From a virus, in IMG/VR virus record IMGVR_UViG_3300029904_000005, positions 64,001 to 97,145 of that record: a DNA stretch of 33,145 bases. One strand, given 5' to 3'. The notes beneath the pieces were generated by a model. That model saw only the letters and a list, made by a program, of their open reading frames with translations, did not search any database and was not told the origin of the DNA. Of the stretch, positions 28,138-33,145 are shown piece by piece (the first letter of the stretch is position 1; every line of letters starts with the position of its first letter). The translations under genes and the position numbers were made by a program.

Positions 28138-28608
28138 CTATATTTTTCCTACATTCTTTCCTCTATAATTATCTGTTAAAGCATGGCAATTAGGACATAA
28201 TAATTGTAAATTTTCTAGCCTATTATCAGTATTAATACCATTAATATGATGTAACTCTAAAGGAATAGGCTTACCAAGCCATTCTATATTACCACATAAT
28301 TCACACTTGTACTCTTTAAGTTTTTCTCTTAAAAGTCTTTTACCTAGCTTATAAGATTGATAATTTGAATTTTCTACTAATATCTTACTTAAAGGTCTAG
28401 CAGGGTTACATACCACATGACCTCCTTTATTCCAAAGTTTACCTGTAAAATGAGATATATCTATATTCCACTCCTTAATATACTTACACACAGTTTTATA
28501 ATTTCCCCCTGCTGGTACTATATCTAAATGTTTTAGGACTCCTGATATAGATAAACTCTTTCTTACAGCTTCTTCTAGCTCTTCTTTATTATACCTTTTC
28601 TGACTCAT
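28138..28608 (-). CDS. HNH homing endonuclease inside the tRNA array
   Basis: 'CELCG...LELHHING...DNRLENLQLLCPNCH'. Confidence 0.9.
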   Translation of the reverse strand: MSQKRYNKEELEEAVRKSLSISGVLKHLDIVPAGGNYKTVCKYIKEWNIDISHFTGKLWNKGGHVVCNPARPLSKILVENSNYQSYKLGKRLLREKLKEYKCELCGNIEWLGKPIPLELHHINGINTDNRLENLQLLCPNCHALTDNYRGKNVGKI

Positions 28609-28609
28609 G

Positions 28610-28695
28610 TGGGAGTAAAGGGAATCGAACCCTTAAGGATATTACTACCCATAGCTGTTTAAGAGCTACATGTTTGCCTGTTTCATCATACTCCC
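28610..28695 (-). tRNA. tRNA-Leu(TAA)
   Basis: GGGAGTA/TACTCCC acceptor, loop CT-TAA-AC, long variable arm. Confidence 0.9.
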
Positions 28696-28715
28696 TAATG
28701 ATTTAAATTTTATTA

Positions 28716-29168
28716 TCAATAAGGTTTAATATCACAAAGCTCAAATAGATACTTATACTTATTAATGTTCTGAATAAATGTCTCGCACTCAGAGGCAATA
28801 CCTTTATACACTGTTTCCTGTGGTATCTTATCATAGAATACTATAGTAGCACCCCTAACTTCATTAATAAAGTCCATAGCATTAAGAGTATCACTTGGAG
28901 TACCTTTAATAACATTAGGTTGCATTCTACCAAGTATTCCCATATATCCTTCTGCAAGACTATCCTGATAGTCTGAAAGTATGCTCAGAAATTCATCAAG
29001 ATATACATGTATATTCTTCTTAGGTGCTGCCCAATGCAGATTCTTACACTTTGTTTTCCATCCCTCAAGTCTATTTAAGAAACTTATAAAGAACTCAGAA
29101 GGACTCATATTAGGGTCCTCTTGTTTCATTGCCTCAAGTGGTGTCAATAACATGTCATTACCATACAT
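28716..29168 (-). CDS. Dps/ferritin-like four-helix protein
   Basis: 'KNLHWAA...IHVYLDEF...QDSLAE' matches the Dps H-W...H...D...E spacing. Confidence 0.65.
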   Translation of the reverse strand: MYGNDMLLTPLEAMKQEDPNMSPSEFFISFLNRLEGWKTKCKNLHWAAPKKNIHVYLDEFLSILSDYQDSLAEGYMGILGRMQPNVIKGTPSDTLNAMDFINEVRGATIVFYDKIPQETVYKGIASECETFIQNINKYKYLFELCDIKPY

Positions 29169-29193
29169 AAGCTTTATTGTTTATTTGACAATG

Positions 29194-29225
29194 CAAAGGT
29201 AAGTATTTTATTTGGAATATGCAAA
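29194..29225 (-). promoter_or_regulatory. Bacteroidota sigmaA-type promoter
   Basis: TTTG-N20-TACCTTTG. Confidence 0.8.
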
Positions 29226-29254
29226 TAAAATACTAATTATTTTTAATTATTTCG

Positions 29255-29329
29255 TACCCCCTAAGAGACTCGAACTCTTAAAACCTTGGTTCTAAGCCAA
29301 GTATGTATGCCAAATTCCATCAAGGGGGC
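29255..29329 (-). tRNA. tRNA-Leu(TAG) with short variable loop
   Basis: CTTGG-CT TAG AA-CCAAG; Leu-type D arm and A73; 5-nt variable loop. Confidence 0.85.
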
Positions 29330-29335
29330 ATTTTG

Positions 29336-29421
29336 TGCTCCTGAAGGGAGTCGAACCCTTAATCTATCTTTCAAGCCCTGACTTTTGAGGTCAGTGTGTA
29401 TTCCAATTCCACCACAGGAGC
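29336..29421 (-). tRNA. tRNA-Leu(CAA)
   Basis: GCTCCTG/CAGGAGC acceptor, loop CT-CAA-AA, long variable region. Confidence 0.9.
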
Positions 29422-29427
29422 ATATAT

Positions 29428-29514
29428 TTACTTTAGATGTTTTTCATTATAATGAATTTCTCTATGGCAGTTAGAGCATACTAACTGACATTTTGCCAAC
29501 TCTTCTATTTCTGC
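29428..29514 (-). pseudogene. C-terminal relic of an HNH endonuclease
   Basis: Translates to AEIEELAKCQLVCSNCHREIHYNEKHLK* with no in-frame start in the spacer. Confidence 0.7.
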
Positions 29515-29583
29515 ATACCCCTAAAGACTTGAACTCTAATCTATGGTTTTGGAGCTATTATGCTGCCATTACACCAGAGGTAC
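29514..29583 (-). tRNA. tRNA-Trp(CCA), degenerate or pseudo
   Basis: Acceptor, D and T arms and G73 present; anticodon stem broken (ATAG/ACCAT). Confidence 0.6.
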
Positions 29584-29590
29584 ATTTTTG

Positions 29591-29665
29591 CGGGAAGTGT
29601 AGGACTCGAACCTACAACCTTCTGATTAACAGTCAGATGCTACTAACCAATTGAGCTAACAACCC
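29591..29665 (-). tRNA. tRNA-Asn(GTT)
   Basis: TCTGA-CT GTT AA-TCAGA; G73; two T/T mismatches in the acceptor stem. Confidence 0.85.
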
Positions 29666-29667
29666 AT

Positions 29668-29751
29668 AAAGGCAGTTTCTTTAACCTCTAAACTGCCCAA
29701 AAGAGGGTCCTAAGCAAAAGCTCTAACATTATGAAAACATGAAAACAACAA
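29668..29751 (-). ncRNA. Candidate sRNA with tandem GUUUUCAU and a terminal pseudoknot
   Basis: See findings. Confidence 0.45.
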
Positions 29752-29752
29752 G

Positions 29753-29825
29753 TGGACCTTATGAGATTTGAACTCCCCTTAGACTTTGCAAAAGTCTCGT
29801 GCTGCCAGATTACACTATAAAGCCC
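29753..29825 (-). tRNA. tRNA-Ala(TGC), atypical 8/4-like fold
   Basis: AGACT-TT TGC AA-AGTCT; G3:U wobble; A discriminator. Confidence 0.75.
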
Positions 29826-29830
29826 TATTG

Positions 29831-29902
29831 TTGCTGCCAGAAGACTCGAACTTCTACTATAAGAGCCAAAATCTTATGTGACTACCATTACACCAGACAG
29901 CA
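29831..29902 (-). tRNA. tRNA-Gln(TTG)
   Basis: TGCTGTC/GGCAGCA acceptor; TAAGA-TT TTG GC-TCTTA. Confidence 0.9.
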
Positions 29903-29918
29903 ATGTTTAAAAAGGAGA

Positions 29919-30215
29919 CTATTTAGTCTCCTTTGTTTTAGCCTTCTTAGCAGCAGATACTGCCTTTGATACAGTAGTTGTATCAAGAGATGTAAACCAC
30001 TCCTTGATTCTGTCTACAATCTCCTCAGCATCAGGTATCTCTATTACTTCCTCAATCTTATCCTTAGATAGCCAAGCACATGCAAAACCAGCTACAAAAG
30101 CTACAAGTGAGGCAATGGTAGCCCAAAAAGGCATAAACTTAATCAGTGCAAAAGCACCTAAAATGACAAGGGCAGCAATAACAGCTGCTACAGTTTTCTT
30201 CCAATTCCAATTCAT
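29919..30215 (-). CDS. Small membrane protein with two transmembrane helices
   Basis: Two hydrophobic helices and a basic tail; has its own promoter. Confidence 0.65.
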   Translation of the reverse strand: MNWNWKKTVAAVIAALVILGAFALIKFMPFWATIASLVAFVAGFACAWLSKDKIEEVIEIPDAEEIVDRIKEWFTSLDTTTVSKAVSAAKKAKTKETK

Positions 30216-30234
30216 ATCTTATTTAAATTTTGTG

Positions 30235-30266
30235 CAAAGATAAGTTAAATATTTCTAATATGCAAA
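30235..30266 (-). promoter_or_regulatory. Bacteroidota sigmaA-type promoter for the tRNA array
   Basis: TTTG-N20-TATCTTTG. Confidence 0.8.
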
Positions 30267-30267
30267 T

Positions 30268-30714
30268 TTATTTTATTATATTTTCATCTATAGTACCTTT
30301 TTCTCTATCTATACCTGCCAGCTTATCAGCCCATTTCTCAGTATAGAACTTATAATATCCATTCTTTGTAGGTTTAATAACAGAACCATAAAGCCCTGCC
30401 CATATCAAAGAAGGAAGTCCTATTACTATTAAATATAAAGGACCAAGCATCATAGATTGTTTAGCATGTCCAGTACCCTCATGTGCTACTGTCAGCTTAT
30501 CTTTTGCAGATATCTTGCTTACAAAAGCATAATCTCCTAAAGATATACCACCACTCATTCTGCTTGATGAATATACTGTAGCTATAGTATCAGCATTCAG
30601 CTTTGTCAATGGTCTCAGGAAGAGAGACATAATAAGTCCCAAGATATTCTGGGGAAGTTGCCATATCCAGAAATATACATTTATAACAGCACGTCTCCAC
30701 TCTTTTACAGTCAT
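30268..30714 (-). CDS. Membrane-associated protein with HExxxH...E metal-binding-like motif
   Basis: 'WQLPQNILG', 'AHEGTGHAKQS', 'FYTEKWADKLAG'. Confidence 0.55.
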   Translation of the reverse strand: MTVKEWRRAVINVYFWIWQLPQNILGLIMSLFLRPLTKLNADTIATVYSSSRMSGGISLGDYAFVSKISAKDKLTVAHEGTGHAKQSMMLGPLYLIVIGLPSLIWAGLYGSVIKPTKNGYYKFYTEKWADKLAGIDREKGTIDENIIK

Positions 30715-30788
30715 AATACTTTATTCTAAAATTCCATAATTTTCTTTATTCCACTAATATTAAATTGGTTATAATCCTTTTTCTATAT

Positions 30789-31045
30789 AGGAGGGACCTA
30801 GGTGGCTCATTTTCACACCCAAGCTTAGGATTAAGGCTCCTAACATACATAGTCCATCCCCCGGTTATATAATATTAGTCTGTCCCCTCTTATCACTATT
30901 GTAATGAACAATAGCCTCTGCATTACCGACCCTATGTCAGTATCCCTTACTTTCCTGACTTGGTGCAGAGCAGTTCAGTCCTAAGTATGCCTTCCTACCA
31001 AAAAGGTACCAATAAAATATCAGTGTACTTGCTATGTCCACTTAA
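30789..31045 (-). ncRNA. Candidate ~260-nt highly structured RNA
   Basis: Own promoter, no ORF in the track, at least 6 helices with strand-specific G-U pairs. Confidence 0.55.
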
Positions 31046-31049
31046 GGTG

Positions 31050-31081
31050 CAAATATATGTAAAAAATCTGATAATTCCAAA
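31050..31081 (-). promoter_or_regulatory. Bacteroidota sigmaA-type promoter, first of the late arm
   Basis: TTTG-N20-TATATTTG. Confidence 0.8.
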
Positions 31082-31179
31082 TTTTCTTTATGATATTTTC
31101 TCGTTAATTTTATGAATTTACAGTGCGCAGGCTCTTATATATCACCTAAACTTCTGTAAGTTAATAAAATAGGAAAACT

Positions 31180-31300
31180 GAAATTTTTTTTTTTTTAATT
31201 TTTTTTTTTGAAATTTTTTTTTTGTTATGGATAGAGGTGAGGGGGATATAGGGGGTGCATCCTGCCCCCCTCCCCATTTCATGGGGACCTCTCCCCCCTA
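31180..31300. other. Strand-switch region: three long T tracts and a G/C-run multi-hairpin
   Basis: T runs of 10-13 nt, then GGGGG/CCCCC, CCCCAT/ATGGGG and AGAGGT/ACCTCT inverted repeats. Confidence 0.6.
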
Positions 31301-31301
31301 G

Positions 31302-31343
31302 GAACAATACACAACATATTACAGTCTGGGACAGAGTGTCCCA
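31302..31343 (+). promoter_or_regulatory. Repeated upstream motif, copy 1 (candidate phage RNAP promoter)
   Basis: 27 of 33 nt identical to 31736-31768; ends in a triloop hairpin. Confidence 0.5.
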
Positions 31344-31361
31344 AACTAAAACTACAAGAAT

Positions 31362-31700
31362 ATGGCACAGAGTGGAAAAAACAGGCAAAATAGCCTGTTT
31401 AAAGAGACATTAAATGCATCTTACAAAGTTGAGTCCCAATGGGCTCAACTTTCTGAGGAGTATATTACTCCTCAAGTGGTAAGACAACTTGCAAAAGCTG
31501 TCATCTGTACAGGCCAATATGGCCTGTATGGTCAGCTGAAGCTGAAGGATGGTAGGCTTAAAAGCCTACCACTTGCCTGGGAAACCAGGCAAATAGTTGA
31601 GGCAGGAGACTGCCTCAAACTATCCAGCCTAAGGCTGATACAGTTATCTCACCAAGAGACTGGTGAGATAAAGGTATTCCTTGCAGGAACACCAGAATAA
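31362..31700 (+). CDS. Small beta-rich protein, possible OB-fold/ssDNA-binding; probable paralog of 31931-32266
   Basis: Shared 'G.YG......DG' and 'AGD' pattern. Confidence 0.55.
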   Translation: MAQSGKNRQNSLFKETLNASYKVESQWAQLSEEYITPQVVRQLAKAVICTGQYGLYGQLKLKDGRLKSLPLAWETRQIVEAGDCLKLSSLRLIQLSHQETGEIKVFLAGTPE

Positions 31701-31731
31701 TAAAAGACAGGGAAACCTGTCTTTTATTTTT
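31699..31731 (+). terminator. Intrinsic terminator
   Basis: AATAAAAGACAGG-GAAA-CCTGTCTTTTATT followed by TTT. Confidence 0.85.
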
Positions 31732-31735
31732 AAAA

Positions 31736-31772
31736 GAACAATACAGAACATTTTACTCTGTGGCACAGCCAC
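31736..31772 (+). promoter_or_regulatory. Repeated upstream motif, copy 2 (candidate phage RNAP promoter)
   Basis: GAACAATACAGAACATTTTAC...GTGGC-ACA-GCCAC, directly after a terminator. Confidence 0.5.
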
Positions 31773-31850
31773 CAGGTCATTGGTATGCAGAACATAGACT
31801 GTCTACAGTACTTAGAAGATAATCTGTGCTATATATATAATAGGTATAGT

Positions 31851-31906
31851 TGGCATCTCTCATTTAAAGGAGAGTTTATGGGAGATGTCATTATATTAAA
31901 CTCTCT
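31851..31906 (+). promoter_or_regulatory. H-type pseudoknot in the leader of the 31931 gene
   Basis: Stem 1 = 31851-63/31878-90; stem 2 = 31869-77/31898-906. Confidence 0.5.
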
Positions 31907-31930
31907 ACAACAATTAAAACAACAACAGCA

Positions 31931-32266
31931 ATGGCAACAGCTACTAAGAACAGCCCTAAGAAACAGGAGGAGAGGGGCTTCCTCCAACATGCAATTGAAC
32001 TTAGCCACTCATGGGAAGTGGTGGACTCCAAACCTCTGACTTCTGAGGAGAAAGAGTCAATCAAAGAGGTGAGAGTTTCTGAAGGAAACTATGGTCCTCA
32101 GATGAGATTCTCAATGGCTGATGGCTCTACTAGAGTCATGCAGGTAAGTCAATTTTGCTCACTTAAGGCAGGTGATAGAGTGAGGATTAGTACTATTATG
32201 ATTGATGAACTGTATGACAGCCAGGATGATAGGACCATCTACAGGGCCTATGGTCAGAAACTCTAA
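31931..32266 (+). CDS. Small beta-rich protein, possible OB-fold/ssDNA-binding
   Basis: 'VSEGNYGPQMRFSMADGS...LKAGDRV'; A-rich leader. Confidence 0.6.
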   Translation: MATATKNSPKKQEERGFLQHAIELSHSWEVVDSKPLTSEEKESIKEVRVSEGNYGPQMRFSMADGSTRVMQVSQFCSLKAGDRVRISTIMIDELYDSQDDRTIYRAYGQKL

Positions 32267-32268
32267 TC

Positions 32269-32307
32269 AGAAAGAGGGTAGTAGAACTATTTACTGCCCT
32301 ACTTTCT
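32269..32307 (+). terminator. Terminator-like hairpin
   Basis: AGAAAG-AGGGTAGTA...TACTGCCCT-A-CTTTCT. Confidence 0.55.
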
Positions 32308-32680
32308 AATAAAAACCAAATAGGGGAAGTACTATTAGTACTTCTGTCAACTACAACAAGTACATAAACTTCCTCTAATAACCATACACTTTAAGCATTT
32401 TGTAGTTATTTAACCCTAAAAACAGACCTATAGAACAGACTCCTGTAAAAAAAGACACTATATAAAACTGAACACTGTATAATAGTAAAGATACATACAC
32501 CCCAAGGACTGTAGTGAGAAAAAGATGCAATGTAATTAATGAGGTTATCCAATGAAAGATTGCATGGAATTATCAACAGCTTTAGTGAGTGGAAGGAATA
32601 GACTCAACTTAAAGTTATACATTAGTAAGCCGCACACATATTAGTTAAATCTACCTTACAGGAGCCTGACAACTATCTAA

Positions 32681-32762
32681 GAGTGCATTAGTTTAATAGG
32701 AAGAACAATGGTACAGCTATCAAGTCTTGGCCAGTGTGATAGTTCGAATCTATCATGCACTC
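32681..32762 (+). ncRNA. tRNA-like element with aberrant, expanded anticodon arm
   Basis: GAGTGCAT/ATGCACTC acceptor, GTTT/GAAC D arm with GG, GATAG-TTCGAAT-CTATC T arm, 17-nt anticodon loop. Confidence 0.7.
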
Positions 32763-32797
32763 CTCAATAATAATCAAACAATCAAATTTTCAAACAA

Positions 32798-33118
32798 ATG
32801 TCAGAATATTTTTATAATGGCATACTTTATCAGATAGAGTATCAGCCACAATTGTCCAACAATGATTACACTCAACACAAAGTGTATCATATAAAGACAG
32901 AAGATGAGAACTATCCTCATGCTAAGAAAGCTATTGCCTCTATTATGGAGGATGAACTTGGTTATGAGCAAGGAGCAATATGGAATAAGGGTTTATATCA
33001 ATTGAAGAATGATGAAGAACCTTCCATGTTAAATGCTCTTCATGTCTATTATGAGTTCTCATATAATGAGGAGCTTGATGTGTATGTATATACTTTTGTC
33101 AGACCTTATGATGATTGA
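32798..33118 (+). CDS. Tyr-rich acidic hypothetical protein
   Basis: ORF with an A-rich leader. Confidence 0.65.
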   Translation: MSEYFYNGILYQIEYQPQLSNNDYTQHKVYHIKTEDENYPHAKKAIASIMEDELGYEQGAIWNKGLYQLKNDEEPSMLNALHVYYEFSYNEELDVYVYTFVRPYDD

Positions 33119-33145
33119 GCTATGGCAAGGAAACATACATTTCAC

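Noticed and set aside
29671-29706. preQ1 riboswitch or pistol ribozyme
   Set aside because: The pseudoknot lacks the preQ1 loop consensus and A-rich tail, and lacks the pistol P2/P3 elements
171-30243. Many plus-strand ORFs in the track (e.g. 5230-5589, 8310-8735, 14895-15374, 16816-17253)
   Set aside because: They are antisense shadows of well-supported minus-strand genes and carry no recognisable motifs
1-31050. Genome-wide stop-codon recoding (TAG=Gln or TGA=Trp) as in some Crassvirales
   Set aside because: TerL, portal, MCP and the fibre genes are full length in code 11, and no CTA or TCA suppressor tRNA is present in the array
31161-31388. 75-aa minus-strand ORF
   Set aside because: It runs through homopolymer tracts and the GC hairpin; a low-complexity artefact
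31785-32039. 84-aa plus-strand ORF
   Set aside because: It overlaps the better-supported 31931 gene out of frame and spans the leader pseudoknot
1-33145. CRISPR array or mini-array
   Set aside because: No regularly spaced direct repeats seen; the 31302/31736 pair is 434 nt apart and flanks a gene

Overview
This window is a segment of a crAss-like (Crassvirales) phage genome. Gene order and protein sizes resemble phiCrAss001-type phages, and the promoters point to a Bacteroidota host. Positions 1-31050 (minus strand) are the late/structural arm, which in transcription order contains: a probable ~260-nt structured RNA, a 9-tRNA array (with an intact HNH gene, an HNH relic and a Dps-like gene), small conserved genes including HU-like and GroES-like, terminase large subunit, portal, an ~11 kb accessory block (fibre, Ig/BACON and lysis genes), scaffold, a free-standing GIY-YIG endonuclease, major capsid protein, and ring/hub/auxiliary capsid genes. 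After a T-tract/GC-hairpin strand switch at ~31.2 kb a plus-strand (probably early) arm begins. The main novelty candidates are: (1) BACON domains split across consecutive genes, suggesting a daisy-chained fibre assembled by domain complementation in trans; (2) several unannotated structured RNAs, including a promoter-driven RNA, tRNA-spacer RNAs, two pseudoknots sharing a junction motif and an aberrant tRNA-like element; (3) a repeated 33-nt motif plus triloop hairpin that may be the virion RNA polymerase promoter. All homology calls come from motif recognition and synteny, not database searches.
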